Source: Alphaproteobacteria bacterium (GTDB lineage: Bacteria; Pseudomonadota; Alphaproteobacteria; Caedimonadales; UBA9215). Taken from it: DNA of 64,000 nucleotides. Under the pieces are notes generated by a model. That model ran no database searches and was not told the DNA's origin. It saw nothing but the letters and a program-made list of their open reading frames with translations. Position 1 is the first letter of the stretch; each line of letters starts with the position of its first letter. The stretch spans positions 7,070 to 71,069 of the forward strand of contig JAJSAD010000020.1 of the NCBI GenBank assembly GCA_024281375.1, read 5' to 3'. Shown in pieces: positions 52,111 to 62,185 of the stretch. The position numbers and the translations under genes were made by a program.

Positions 52111-53465
52111 GGCAGTTCCTCTGATTGCAAATATTCTGGAATAACAACATGCCATCCAAATTCTTCTTTAATCTTTTCTTTCAGAGAAAGAGCAGCGTCG
52201 TGTTCGCCATGGGTGATAAAAACTTTTGTCGGCGCTTTCTGAAAATTTCTAAGCCATGTCAGGATTTCACCATAGTCAGCATGGGCGGATAAGGTGTTGA
52301 GATTTTCAACGCGCGCACGTACGGGGTGAAATTGACCATGGATTTTTATTTCTTTTTCTCCTTTAACAATGCGGTCGCCTCTCGTGCCACCGGCCTGATA
52401 ACCTGTGAAAAGAATCGTGTGCTTAGGGTCTGTGATAAAATGTTTGAGGTGATGGAGGACGCGGCCTCCTGTTGCCATACCACTTGCTGAGATAATAACG
52501 CTCGGCATGGGGGAGGTGTCTAAGCGTTTGGAGTCTTCAACGGTTCGAACGTAAGTTACAGAATCACAAACGTCTCGGCATTTGTCTTTAGAAAGTCGCT
52601 GTTCATTTTTAAAGCGACATAGAAGTTTTGTGGCACTGACTGCCATGGGGCTATCTAGGAAAATAGGGAGATCAGGAATGCTACCGGATTTTTTAAGTTC
52701 CTGGATATAATACAGCATCAATTGGGCGCGACCAACGGCAAAAGCAGGCACAACAACGGTTCCTCCTTTGGCGGCTGTGCTGCGAATAACCTCGCCAATT
52801 TCTTCGAGGGGATCTTTGGTACTGTGGAGACGATCTCCGTAAGTGGATTCAATGAGGAGGTAATCGGTATGTTGGAGCTGAGCCGGGGTTTGCATAATGG
52901 GGTCATATTGGCGACCTAAATCCCCTGAAAAGGTAACGGTGCGATTGCCGCCAGAAAGGGCAATGAAGGCTGATCCTAAAATATGGCCGGCTCGGCTCAT
53001 GGTGAAATGCAGATCGTCATTCAAGTAAAAGGGTTGGCCGAATTCGAGGGTGTAGAATTGAGCAAGGGAAAGACGCGCTTCTTTTTCTGTGTAAAGAGGA
53101 AAGGCAGGTTTATGTTTGGTGTAACCATATTTATTCGCGCGCCTGGCATCTTCTTCTTGGAGATAACCACTGTCAGGTAAGAGGATTTTGCAAAGCTCAT
53201 AGGTCGCTTCAGAGCAATAAATTTTTCCTTTGAAGCCTTGTTTAACCAACAAAGGAACATAGCCGCTATGGTCGATATGAGCATGGGTTAGAATCACAGC
53301 ATCAATGTCTTGAGGATCAAAGGGAAGGGCGTTCCAGTTTCGCAAGCGTAGCTCTTTATATCCTTGAAAAAGGCCACAATCTACGAGAACCTTCATGCCG
53401 TCATGGTCAATGAGGTATTTGGATCCCGTAACTGTTCCTGTTGCTCCTAAAAAGCTAATTTTCAT
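52107..53465 (-). CDS. MBL-fold beta-CASP nuclease
   Basis: TVTGSK, DCGLFQG, THAHIDH, AGHILG, SGDLG, ESTYG, FAVGR, SGMATGGR, SAHAD, HGE. Confidence 0.95.
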   Translation of the reverse strand: MKISFLGATGTVTGSKYLIDHDGMKVLVDCGLFQGYKELRLRNWNALPFDPQDIDAVILTHAHIDHSGYVPLLVKQGFKGKIYCSEATYELCKILLPDSGYLQEEDARRANKYGYTKHKPAFPLYTEKEARLSLAQFYTLEFGQPFYLNDDLHFTMSRAGHILGSAFIALSGGNRTVTFSGDLGRQYDPIMQTPAQLQHTDYLLIESTYGDRLHSTKDPLEEIGEVIRSTAAKGGTVVVPAFAVGRAQLMLYYIQELKKSGSIPDLPIFLDSPMAVSATKLLCRFKNEQRLSKDKCRDVCDSVTYVRTVEDSKRLDTSPMPSVIISASGMATGGRVLHHLKHFITDPKHTILFTGYQAGGTRGDRIVKGEKEIKIHGQFHPVRARVENLNTLSAHADYGEILTWLRNFQKAPTKVFITHGEHDAALSLKEKIKEEFGWHVVIPEYLQSEELP

Positions 53466-53481
53466 AATAAGATGTCCTTTT

Positions 53482-55677
53482 TTATAACTTAACCTTCTTA
53501 AGGCGGCTGGCATTTAGAATGACTGATAAGGAGCTAAAAACCATGGCAGCGCTGGCAATAATGGGGTTGAGGAGAATCCCGAAGAAAGGATATAAAATAC
53601 CCGCTGCAATGGGGACGCCCGTTGCATTATAAATAAAAGCGAAAAAGAGGTTCTGGCGAATGTTTGTCATAGTTGCTTGGCTGAGACGCCTTGCCCGCAC
53701 AATACCGGTGAGGTCTCCTTTAACGAGGGTTACTTCTGCACTTTCCATGGCAATATCAGCACCCGTTCCCATGGCAATACCCACATCGGCTTGAGCTAAG
53801 GCTGGCGCATCATTCACGCCATCTCCCGCCATGGCAACCTTATAGCCTTCGCTTTGCAAACGTTTTACCACTTCGCTTTTTCGTTCTGGGAGGACGCCCG
53901 CTTCGATTTCGTCAATTTCGAGTTTTCCTGCAACAGCGTTGGCAGTTTTTTCATTATCTCCCGTCAGCATTACCAGACGAAGACCACTTTTACGGAGGTC
54001 ATGGAGGGCCTGGGGAGTTGTTTTCTTAATGGGATCGGCAACGCCAATGAGACCCGCCAGTTTATGCTCGATCATTACCAGCATCACCGTTTGTCCTTGG
54101 GCTCTGAGGTCATCAGCTTGTTTGCTGAGGTCTGAGGTTGCAATTTTAAGGGTCTCGAGGAGCTTATCATTTCCCAAAGCGACATGTTTGCCCTCAACAA
54201 ATCCTGCAACACCTTTCCCTGTAAAAGACTCAAAGTCTTTTGTTTTTGATAAGGTGAGTTTCTTGTCTTTTGCTCCCTTAACAATGGCATCGGCTAGAGG
54301 GTGTTCACTGCCTTGCTCTAAGGAAGCAGCGAGTTGCAAAAGCTCATCGGCATCTTGTTCTTTTTCTGTAATGACCGAGGTGAGTTTAGGTTTGCCTTCA
54401 GTGAGCGTCCCTGTTTTATCGATGACAAGAACATTAATTTTCTCAAGGATTTCGAGGCTCTCGGCATTTTTAATCAGGATACCTGCTTGGGCACCTCGAC
54501 CAGTGCCAACCATGATAGACATCGGTGTTGCAAGTCCAACGGCGCACGGGCACGCAATAATTAAAACAGCCACCGCATTAATAAGGGCATAGGATAAGGC
54601 CGGTTCTGGTCCCCAAATGCCCCAAATGATTGCTGTTGCAATAGAAATAGCGACGACAACGGGAACAAAGTAGCCAGCAACCATATCCGCCAGCTTTTGG
54701 ATGGGGGCTCGGCTGCGTTGAGCTTCCGCCACCATATGGACGATTTGCGAGAGGAGAGTTTCGCTTCCCACTTTTTGAGCCTCCATAATAAAGCTACCGG
54801 TTTGATTAAGAGTACCTCCCGTCACAGGGTCTCCAGTGGATTTTGATGTGGGCATGGATTCACCGGTGATCATTGATTCATCGATGCTACTTGATCCTTC
54901 AAGGATAATACCATCGAGGGGAACGGAGTCTCCTGGGCGTACGCGCAAATGATCTCCGGGGACGACGTCATCAAGGGGCACCTCTTCTTCGCTCCCATCT
55001 TTTCGAATGACGCGCGCTGTTTTGGGGGCGAGATCTAAGAGGGCTCGAATGGCATTATTGGTCTGAGAGCGAGCTCGAAGCTCCATGACTTGTCCCAACA
55101 TCACAAGGGTGATAATCACGGCGGCTGCTTCAAAATACACATCAACCAAGCCATTGTTCATACGCATGGCATCGGGAAAAAGCCCTGGAAAAAGGGCGGC
55201 GATCACACTATATAAGTAGGCAACACCCGTTCCAAGGGCAATGAGCGTGAACATATTGAGATTTCTGGTCACCACAGAAGACCAGGCTTTTTTGAAAAAG
55301 GGAATAGCGCCCCACAGCATCACGGGGGTTGCCAGGGCAAATTCAATCCACAGAGCCATCGTTGAAGAAATATAAGGCTCAAGAGGTTTTCCGGGAAGAT
55401 GATCGAGCATGACCAGTAAAAGGGTCGGAAAGGATAAAAAGCTACAAATCCAAAAACGCCGCGTCATATCAATGAGTTCTGTTTTATCCTCTTCGGCACT
55501 CACCCCTTTAGGTTCAAGAGCCATGCCACAAATAGGACAGTCCCCGGGCCCGATTTGTTCGATTTCGGGGTGCATAGGACAGGTATAGATTGTATCGGCG
55601 GGAAGGTCATCATCAACCTTAGTTTTTGAAGGGTGAGGGTGGGGGGGAGAGGAGTGGCAGGCACTGTGATCTGTCAT
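53482..55677 (-). CDS. copA: Copper-translocating P1B-type ATPase
   Basis: YTCPMHPEI...[34 protein letters not shown]. Confidence 0.95.
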   Translation of the reverse strand: MTDHSACHSSPPHPHPSKTKVDDDLPADTIYTCPMHPEIEQIGPGDCPICGMALEPKGVSAEEDKTELIDMTRRFWICSFLSFPTLLLVMLDHLPGKPLEPYISSTMALWIEFALATPVMLWGAIPFFKKAWSSVVTRNLNMFTLIALGTGVAYLYSVIAALFPGLFPDAMRMNNGLVDVYFEAAAVIITLVMLGQVMELRARSQTNNAIRALLDLAPKTARVIRKDGSEEEVPLDDVVPGDHLRVRPGDSVPLDGIILEGSSSIDESMITGESMPTSKSTGDPVTGGTLNQTGSFIMEAQKVGSETLLSQIVHMVAEAQRSRAPIQKLADMVAGYFVPVVVAISIATAIIWGIWGPEPALSYALINAVAVLIIACPCAVGLATPMSIMVGTGRGAQAGILIKNAESLEILEKINVLVIDKTGTLTEGKPKLTSVITEKEQDADELLQLAASLEQGSEHPLADAIVKGAKDKKLTLSKTKDFESFTGKGVAGFVEGKHVALGNDKLLETLKIATSDLSKQADDLRAQGQTVMLVMIEHKLAGLIGVADPIKKTTPQALHDLRKSGLRLVMLTGDNEKTANAVAGKLEIDEIEAGVLPERKSEVVKRLQSEGYKVAMAGDGVNDAPALAQADVGIAMGTGADIAMESAEVTLVKGDLTGIVRARRLSQATMTNIRQNLFFAFIYNATGVPIAAGILYPFFGILLNPIIASAAMVFSSLSVILNASRLKKVKL

Positions 55678-55926
55678 GGTTATGAGCTTCCTGTTTAAGT
55701 TCCTCTTTCATAATACCATAAATGTTAGAATTATAGTTGGAAGTGTCTCTTAAATTTTTGTAATAGAGCCCTTATGGTAATCGCCCCCCCTTTCAGGGTT
55801 CGTGATAAAAATACAACATTCCTCTTAGAATGGATAATTTATTTTTTTTCTATTCCTTCAATCAGTAGACTTGTCAAAAACAATTGTCCTCTTTTTTGGA
55901 GCAAGCACCAACTATATATCAGCATT

Positions 55927-56215
55927 TATTTCGGAAAAATTGGATATCAGCGTCGCTTTATTGAAGCCGGCCTGACGGCTTTTTCCATTGATTATGGTCA
56001 TTATGAAAATCTGTTTTTTGATACACGCCCTGGTTTCGAAAAAGATAAATACAGAGGCAGAACCGTTGGTATTGCTCTTATTCAATATTTGGACCGTATT
56101 GCAACAGAACTCTATGTTGGCTTTAGAAATTATGAACTTAAACACCCCGCTCTAAGAGAAGCTCGCTATAAAGATGTGAAAGCTGTCATGGGAGGGATTG
56201 CGCGTCAGATTCTAA
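55927..56215 (+). pseudogene. C-terminal remnant of a porin-like beta-barrel gene
   Basis: YFGKIGYQ...AFSIDYG...IQYLDRIATELYVGFRNYEL...KAVMGG, then a frameshift to LRVRF* (TAA 56213). No signal peptide or N-terminal part. Confidence 0.6.
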
Positions 56216-56326
56216 CTCCTGACGCCTCTTTTAAACTGTGGCCAAAGAGCTTTTATGGCAAAACTGAATAGGTATAGTTGTTTTCTTAAAATAAGGTAGA
56301 CTGAAGAAAACGATTTTTAAGAGTAT

Positions 56327-57160
56327 ATGAGGATGATAAAAGAACAGAATGTGTCTATGACATTGGTTGGATGTGGTGCTATGGGGGGTGCCTTGTTGGA
56401 AGGATGGATGAAAGCGAAGGGTCTTTTTTCACAGGTAACCGTTGTGACACCTGAGCCTCATACTGTTGGGTCCTTTCTAAAACGTTACGATACTATTAAT
56501 TGCCTTGAAACCCCTGATCAGTTAACGGAAATCAGCGATGTTTTAATCTTTGCCGTAAAGCCCCAAATCATGCCTCAGGTTATTCGATCTTATGCAGCCC
56601 GCACGACAGATCAGACCCTCGTGATGAGTATAGCCGCCGGCCTCGATCTCTCTTTTTATGAGCGAGCCTTAGGAGATAACAAACAAATTGTGCGCTTGAT
56701 GCCCAATACCCCTGCGACGATTTCAAAAGCTATGAGTGGGCTACTGGCGAATTCCCTCGTGACACCTCAGAATAAAAAGCTGGCAATGGCTATTTCTGAT
56801 GCCGTTGGGAAATCCCTTTGGGTAGAGAATGACGAGCGTTTGGATCGTTTGACGGCAATTTCTGGATGTGGGCCGGCTTATGTCTTTGCCATGGTCGAGG
56901 CTCTGGAGAAAGCAGCAGAGGCCCTTGGGTTTTCAGAGGAAGAAGCGACACTTTTAGCCCGGGAAACTGTTATTGGGAGCGCACACTATTTAGCTCAAAC
57001 CCCTGAAAAAAGTGCAACGGACTTGCGGGTTCAAGTCACAAGTCCAGGGGGCATGACCGCAGCAGGCCTTGAAAAGTTACAACATAATGAGACTTTTAAC
57101 ACCCTTATGAAAGAGGTCACTCAGGCTGCTTTTAAACGGGCTGAGGAGTTAAAGGCTTAG
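56327..57160 (+). CDS. proC: Pyrroline-5-carboxylate reductase
   Basis: GCGAMG, AVKPQ, SIAAG, RLMPNTP, SGCGPAY, VTSPGG-T. Confidence 0.97.
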   Translation: MRMIKEQNVSMTLVGCGAMGGALLEGWMKAKGLFSQVTVVTPEPHTVGSFLKRYDTINCLETPDQLTEISDVLIFAVKPQIMPQVIRSYAARTTDQTLVMSIAAGLDLSFYERALGDNKQIVRLMPNTPATISKAMSGLLANSLVTPQNKKLAMAISDAVGKSLWVENDERLDRLTAISGCGPAYVFAMVEALEKAAEALGFSEEEATLLARETVIGSAHYLAQTPEKSATDLRVQVTSPGGMTAAGLEKLQHNETFNTLMKEVTQAAFKRAEELKA

Positions 57161-57162
57161 AA

Positions 57163-57732
57163 ATGTCTAATCAACATCCCATTGCCAAAGCGATTTTTGA
57201 GGCCCTTGAAACCAAAGGGTGGATTCATCTGACTCTGCATGATGTTGCCGAAAAAGCTGACATAAGCCTTGAGGAACTCCATAAATGTGCGACCTCAAAA
57301 GAAGACCTGATGGCTGTGATGATCTCCTACCTAGAAGAACAAACTCTGATCCACGTGGATCAGAGCGGAGAAGGGACTGCTGAAGACCATTTGTTTGAGG
57401 GGTTGTTCGCACGTTTTGAAGCAGCCGACCCTTATAAAAAAGCCATCGCACGATTATGGCAGGACTTTAAGGGCTCACCAACTCTCGTGCGCCCTTTTAT
57501 TCCTCAATTTCTTGACGCCTTAAAAACAATGGGCAAAGAGGGGGGGCTTGAGTTTGAGGGGCCTTTGGGAGCGATTCAATTGCGAGCCTTTGGGTTTATT
57601 TATTTAAGGCTTCTTTATGTGTGGTTGGCGGACGAGTCCCCTGATCTTGCAAAAACGATGTCTGAAACCAATAGGGTTGTCACAAAATACATCCCCTGTC
57701 TCTTTAATCCCTGCAAGATTCTTGACGTATAG
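57163..57732 (+). CDS. TetR/AcrR-like alphaproteobacterial protein
   Basis: N-terminal HTH (GW--LTL-DVA--A-ISL-EL), RFEA--PYK, W--D-SPDLAKTM. Confidence 0.7.
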   Translation: MSNQHPIAKAIFEALETKGWIHLTLHDVAEKADISLEELHKCATSKEDLMAVMISYLEEQTLIHVDQSGEGTAEDHLFEGLFARFEAADPYKKAIARLWQDFKGSPTLVRPFIPQFLDALKTMGKEGGLEFEGPLGAIQLRAFGFIYLRLLYVWLADESPDLAKTMSETNRVVTKYIPCLFNPCKILDV

Positions 57733-57786
57733 AACACTCTGCAGAAAGGGGTGAAATGAAAAAAGGGACTCTTTATTTTTAGGCGC

Positions 57787-57802
57787 GTTAACCTTTAATT
57801 AA
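57787..57802 (-). promoter_or_regulatory. Putative CtrA box
   Basis: GTTAA-CCTTTAA-TTAA reads TTAA-N7-TTAAC on the minus strand, 60 bp upstream of the ATG at 57862. Confidence 0.45.
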
Positions 57803-57861
57803 TATTTTTATGGTTATAATGTCCTTGAAGATATTGTTAAACTAGACGAAGGTAAAGAAAC

Positions 57862-59145
57862 ATGAAGAATATAAGTATAATAGCATTACTAACGGCACTT
57901 GTGTTTGTACCACAAGAGACAAGGGCTCTGAGTGATGCCGGTGTCGCTACAGCAGATGCAAATGTCGCCCGCCAAGTAGAAGCGAGAGCAGCGGCCGTGG
58001 AAGTCACCGCCATTGATGCCCATTTAACAAGAATAAACCTTCCCCTGAACGATAAAAACCGTGCGGCGGTAGCAGATACCGGCGGTTCTGCTAGGGGAGT
58101 GCCTGCAGAAGTGGTTCTTTTAAAAGTTTTGCAAACGGATGGGGTACCTGGTATTGACGCTACTGATGATGATCAGCAAGGGGATGCGCGTGCGCTCATA
58201 GGCAATATTGATGTCGCAGCCGTCACAGCCGAGAATCTTCCCTTGGCTGCTGCTCTTATAGATCATGCTGGGGGTGTCGCAGCCGTCACAGCCGAGAATC
58301 TTCCCCGCGCTGCTGCTATTCTTGGTGCTGGCTTGAATCCAGTACACATAACAGACGCCAACCTGGAGTTAGCTGGTGCTCTTATAGATCATGCTGGGGG
58401 TGTCGCAGCCGTCACAGCCGAGAATCTTCCCTTGGCTGCTGCTCTTATAGATCATGCTGGGGGTGCAGCAGCCGTCACAGCCGAGAATCTTCCCTTGGCT
58501 GCTGCTCTTATAGATCATGCTGGGGGTGTCGCAGCCGTCACAGCCGAGAATCTTCCCCGCGCTGCTGCTATTCTTGGTGCTGACTTAGATGTAGGAGAAG
58601 TCACAGCCGAGAATCTGGAGTTAGCTGGTGCTCTTATAGATCATGCTGGGGGTGCAGCAGCCGTCACAGCCGCCAATCTCCGCCTTGCTTCTGTTATGGC
58701 TGATGCTGGCTTGAATCCAGTACACATAACAGCCGCCAACCTCACTGCTGCTGCGCTATTACAGCCTATGATTAATTTAGGTTTTTTCAATAGAGATAAG
58801 TTGGGTGCTGTTTTGAATGCGACTAGAGTCAGTGATGAGGTTCGAGATGCTGTAGTTTGGGCCATTAACACTGGATTTAGAGGGCAGCCCCCTGGAACGA
58901 TTCCATCAGGAGTTGCCATTTATGATAGCAATACAGGGGGTGGGAATCCTCGCTTTATTGTAGAATTAGGTGCTGTTCCCTTTAGTGCGACTGCTGGACG
59001 ATTTAATGCTGCAAATCGATTCCTTGTGGAACGAGCAGGCGTAGCAGGTATGGAATTGAACATTGGGGATCGCATTGTTTTTACTGATCTAACGGATAGT
59101 GCAGCCCCCTTTATCACTCTTGTGAATGGTGCAAAAGTTCCTTAA
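57862..59145 (+). CDS. Secreted Ala-rich protein with 21-aa tandem repeats
   Basis: Signal peptide MKNISIIALLTALVFVPQETRA. About 9 repeats of AAVTAENLPLAAALIDHAGGV type. Confidence 0.85.
   Translation: MKNISIIALLTALVFVPQETRALSDAGVATADANVARQVEARAAAVEVTAIDAHLTRINLPLNDKNRAAVADTGGSARGVPAEVVLLKVLQTDGVPGIDATDDDQQGDARALIGNIDVAAVTAENLPLAAALIDHAGGVAAVTAENLPRAAAILGAGLNPVHITDANLELAGALIDHAGGVAAVTAENLPLAAALIDHAGGAAAVTAENLPLAAALIDHAGGVAAVTAENLPRAAAILGADLDVGEVTAENLELAGALIDHAGGAAAVTAANLRLASVMADAGLNPVHITAANLTAAALLQPMINLGFFNRDKLGAVLNATRVSDEVRDAVVWAINTGFRGQPPGTIPSGVAIYDSNTGGGNPRFIVELGAVPFSATAGRFNAANRFLVERAGVAGMELNIGDRIVFTDLTDSAAPFITLVNGAKVP
58216..58760 (+). repeat. 63-bp coding tandem repeat array
   Basis: GCAGCCGTCACAGCCGAGAATCT and TGCTCTTATAGATCATGCTGGGGGTG recur with a 63-bp period. 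Confidence 0.92.
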
Positions 59146-59165
59146 AAATTTATTATCTTCTTTGC

Positions 59166-59196
59166 AAAATCCCCGGATCATCCCGGGGATTTTTTT
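59166..59196 (+). terminator. Intrinsic terminator
   Basis: AAAATCCCCGG-ATCATC-CCGGGGATTTT followed by TTT. Confidence 0.88.
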
Positions 59197-59230
59197 GATG
59201 TGCTTAAAATTGATTTCGCGCGATTTTTGA

Positions 59231-59336
59231 TATAGTCGATTCAATAAAGTCCTAGACGTCGTCATTCGCTCCTAAACTATAAGGCATAGTCGTTGATCAC
59301 TCTTTCCTAGACTGAAACCTTTTTGGAATGACTATA
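59231..59336. mobile_element. Correia-like MITE, copy C (106 bp)
   Basis: TATAGTCGATTCAATAAAGTCCTAGACGTCG...CCTAGACTGAAACCTTTTTGGAATGACTATA. Confidence 0.8.
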
Positions 59337-59460
59337 GTACCCGCTCCTTTTTAAAAAATAAGGACAAAGATGAGCTAAACTCTCCCTATCCTATGGCAAT
59401 CTCTTCATTTTTGAGGAGATTACCGAAGGAGAAGACTTTCTGGTGGTGAAATTAGGGGGG

Positions 59461-61179
59461 CTAGGCTGGTTTTTGGATATCTTCTGCTGTCTCTGTCACA
59501 GTCTGCCCTGTGTAAGAGCGACGAAAGGCATCAATGATTTGGCTGACTTCGGCTTCGTTGGTCCCAACATCTTTTAAAACACTCGAGGCGAGTTGCAGAC
59601 TTGGTTCAAAGTTTTCAGGCTTCACAACACTTGCCCCTGCTTGAGTCAACTTTGCTTCATAAGCATCATCATTAATACGCACAGATACATTAATATTTGG
59701 GAACTTACGGCGCACCATCAACGATGCTCGTAATGTTATTTTAGGCACCTCAAGACTAATCACAGCCGACGAAGCCTTCTCAGCCCCCAGGCTCCGCCAC
59801 ACAACGTCTCTTGTCGCATCGCCGTAATAAACAGGTAGTCCGCGCGCGCGCCCTTCAAGAACACGATTCATATTATTATCGATGGCTACAAAAGGAATCA
59901 TACGATCCGCCAACAAACGACAAATCATTTTTCCAATACGCCCAAAACCAGCTACAATCACGTGGTTTCGAAGATCATCGATTTCATCTTGGCTCGACGC
60001 AAGCTTAGTATCGCTTTCTTTCAAATCGAGGCGTTCGCTGAGCCACTTTCCAAAGCTATTGAGGAAAGGCGTTAGGGCCATAGAAATTGCAACGCTGAGG
60101 TAAATCACTTGAGCCGTTTCCGGCAAAACAAGTTTTTGATCCACAGCGGGGCCCAAGACCACAAAGGCAAATTCTCCGCCAGCCGCCAACAAAAATGTCG
60201 TTCGTAAGGCCGAGGCTGTCGCAATTTTAAACGCCTTACAAAGCCCAAAAATAATCAAAGCCTTCACTAATAGCATTGCCCCCAGTAAACTTGCAATTTC
60301 CGTGGCTTTATCGACAATAATACGCACATCAATGTTCATACCTACGGTCATAAAGAACAATCCCAATAACAGTCCATAGAAGGGTTGAATATCCGCTTCT
60401 ACCTGATGGCGATATTCAGTTTCACTCAGCAAAAGCCCCGCCAAAAAAGCCCCTAATTCCTTTGAAAGACCCGCCGCATCCGTTGCAAGGCTCGTCACCA
60501 GCACAATAAGAATACTGACTGCCATAAAAATTTCAGCTTTTTGGGAGGCCACAATACGGAACAGGGGTCTCAAGATTAATTGACCAAACAAAACAATCAG
60601 AATCAACACAACGGCAGCCTTTAATCCCGCTGCACTTAAGGCTTCTACCAGGTCTTGGTCCGGTGTTGAAATGGTCGTGAGCAAAACCAAAAGCACCACA
60701 ACAGCCAGGTCTTGAAAAAGCAAAACAGCAAAGGAAACACGGCCATATTTTTGTGTCAAATCCCCATGTTCAGAAAGGAGTTGAAGCCCCACAGCCGTTG
60801 AAGACAAAGCAAGGGCACTGCCCACCAACACAGCGGAAGCAGGTGCAAAATTAAAGGAATACGCAATCACAGAAATCACAGAAATGGTTACGAATACCTG
60901 CATCAGCCCCAAGCCAAAAACATAGCGTCGCAAGACCTGAAACCGCCGCATGGGCATCTTAAGGCCAATAGTAAAGAGCAAAAAGACAACACCGAATTCC
61001 CCAAGGAGCTCGATGGTTTCAGTGTCTGTAATAAAGCCTAAAGACTGAGGACCAATCAAAAGACCCGCAATTAAATACCCCACAACTGCACTGACATTCA
61101 ACGCACGAAAAAGGGACACCACAAACACTGCGGAGACAAGAATAATAATAACATTCGCAATGTACGCTTCGTGACCCAT
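59461..61179 (-). CDS. CPA2-family cation:proton antiporter with KTN domain (KefB/KefC-like)
   Basis: EFGVVFLLF-IGL, LSSTA, LLFQD, LGAFLAG, GEFAFV, GFGRIG, YGDATR. Confidence 0.93.
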   Translation of the reverse strand: MGHEAYIANVIIILVSAVFVVSLFRALNVSAVVGYLIAGLLIGPQSLGFITDTETIELLGEFGVVFLLFTIGLKMPMRRFQVLRRYVFGLGLMQVFVTISVISVIAYSFNFAPASAVLVGSALALSSTAVGLQLLSEHGDLTQKYGRVSFAVLLFQDLAVVVLLVLLTTISTPDQDLVEALSAAGLKAAVVLILIVLFGQLILRPLFRIVASQKAEIFMAVSILIVLVTSLATDAAGLSKELGAFLAGLLLSETEYRHQVEADIQPFYGLLLGLFFMTVGMNIDVRIIVDKATEIASLLGAMLLVKALIIFGLCKAFKIATASALRTTFLLAAGGEFAFVVLGPAVDQKLVLPETAQVIYLSVAISMALTPFLNSFGKWLSERLDLKESDTKLASSQDEIDDLRNHVIVAGFGRIGKMICRLLADRMIPFVAIDNNMNRVLEGRARGLPVYYGDATRDVVWRSLGAEKASSAVISLEVPKITLRASLMVRRKFPNINVSVRINDDAYEAKLTQAGASVVKPENFEPSLQLASSVLKDVGTNEAEVSQIIDAFRRSYTGQTVTETAEDIQKPA

Positions 61180-61403
61180 CTAATTTTTTCTGAAAGCAAC
61201 TTTTAAAAGTCACCTTACGCCTTTCCCTGAAAGCTATTTATAAAAATTACACCCCTTCATTTATAACTTTTTTTTCACTTTTAGGCAATAAGATTGATAG
61301 GAATTTCAACGGATTACCAAAGCGCTTTTTTAATTATTTTTTTTCTTTACCATTTGTTAAAAAAATACTCGACATAATAAAGATACTAACAGGAGGGAAA
61401 ACA

Positions 61404-62048
61404 ATGAAAAAATCAAACAAGAAGCTTTTCGCATTTGCCATTTTGGCAATTTTTATCACAACAAATAGTGTGGCCAGCAAAACGTCTGATCCCCTAGAAG
61501 ACTTCTCTTATTTCAGTAAACATAAATTTTCAGTCAGTGTTAATGTGGGGCTGTATTTTGACGACCCTGCAACTCTTACTGTGAGCCTTGAGAATGATCC
61601 AACTCAAAAACAGGATGGCAGCCTCCCTTATTTTGCCGGTAGTTTTGAGGGAAGTGAGGATTTCCTAGAAAATCTTTTTAACTCTTTTATGTTTCAAATC
61701 ACCCATGGTAAAGATAAAGCCACTCTTCCTGAGGTCCTAGAATCTAAAGAAAAAGAAGGATCTCTTCAGCTATCTGAAGAGGGAAAACCTATTCTTAATA
61801 CAACTGAAATTTATGCTTTTCTTATCAGGAAAGCCTATCATTTCGAGAGATTCTACGCGACAGGTCATAATCAAGGTCGTGTAAAACTATCTCTCACAGC
61901 ACACCCTGATAGAGAGCCCAGCGAACATTGGACTTTCTTTTCCCCTCACCTTGATGGCAAAAATGTTGGGCTACAGGTCTTGAGAACCCTTATGTGTCAA
62001 GCCCATGACTCACACTCAGAAACATCACGAGCAAGGGGATATTTATAA
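61404..62048 (+). CDS. Hypothetical secreted protein
   Basis: Strong RBS AGGAGG. Signal peptide MKKSNKKLFAFAILAIFITTNSVA. Confidence 0.75.
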   Translation: MKKSNKKLFAFAILAIFITTNSVASKTSDPLEDFSYFSKHKFSVSVNVGLYFDDPATLTVSLENDPTQKQDGSLPYFAGSFEGSEDFLENLFNSFMFQITHGKDKATLPEVLESKEKEGSLQLSEEGKPILNTTEIYAFLIRKAYHFERFYATGHNQGRVKLSLTAHPDREPSEHWTFFSPHLDGKNVGLQVLRTLMCQAHDSHSETSRARGYL

Positions 62049-62185
62049 AAACGCCCTTTCAACGCCCTCTACACTTCTCCCTCTTTCCCTAACTTTATTT
62101 TGCCGTATTTTTGACTAGTTGTCCACAATATCGATATAAAATGTCTATTTGTCAAAAATCATGCGGGACAGAAAGGGGTTTTAAG

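Noticed and set aside
52107-53465. MBL gene as a beta-lactamase or a named anti-phage system
   Set aside because: It has a full beta-CASP domain and SAHAD/HGE motifs of RNA-processing nucleases, and no recognisable defence partner is adjacent.
58216-58760. Periodic repeats as a CRISPR array
   Set aside because: The period is 63 bp and in frame within a CDS, the intervening segments are themselves repeated, and no cas genes are present.
59395-59424. GGCAATCTC...GAGATTACC hairpin as a REP/RPE-type element
   Set aside because: Only one short copy is seen and the flanking arms are missing. It could simply be a terminator stem for the antiporter gene.
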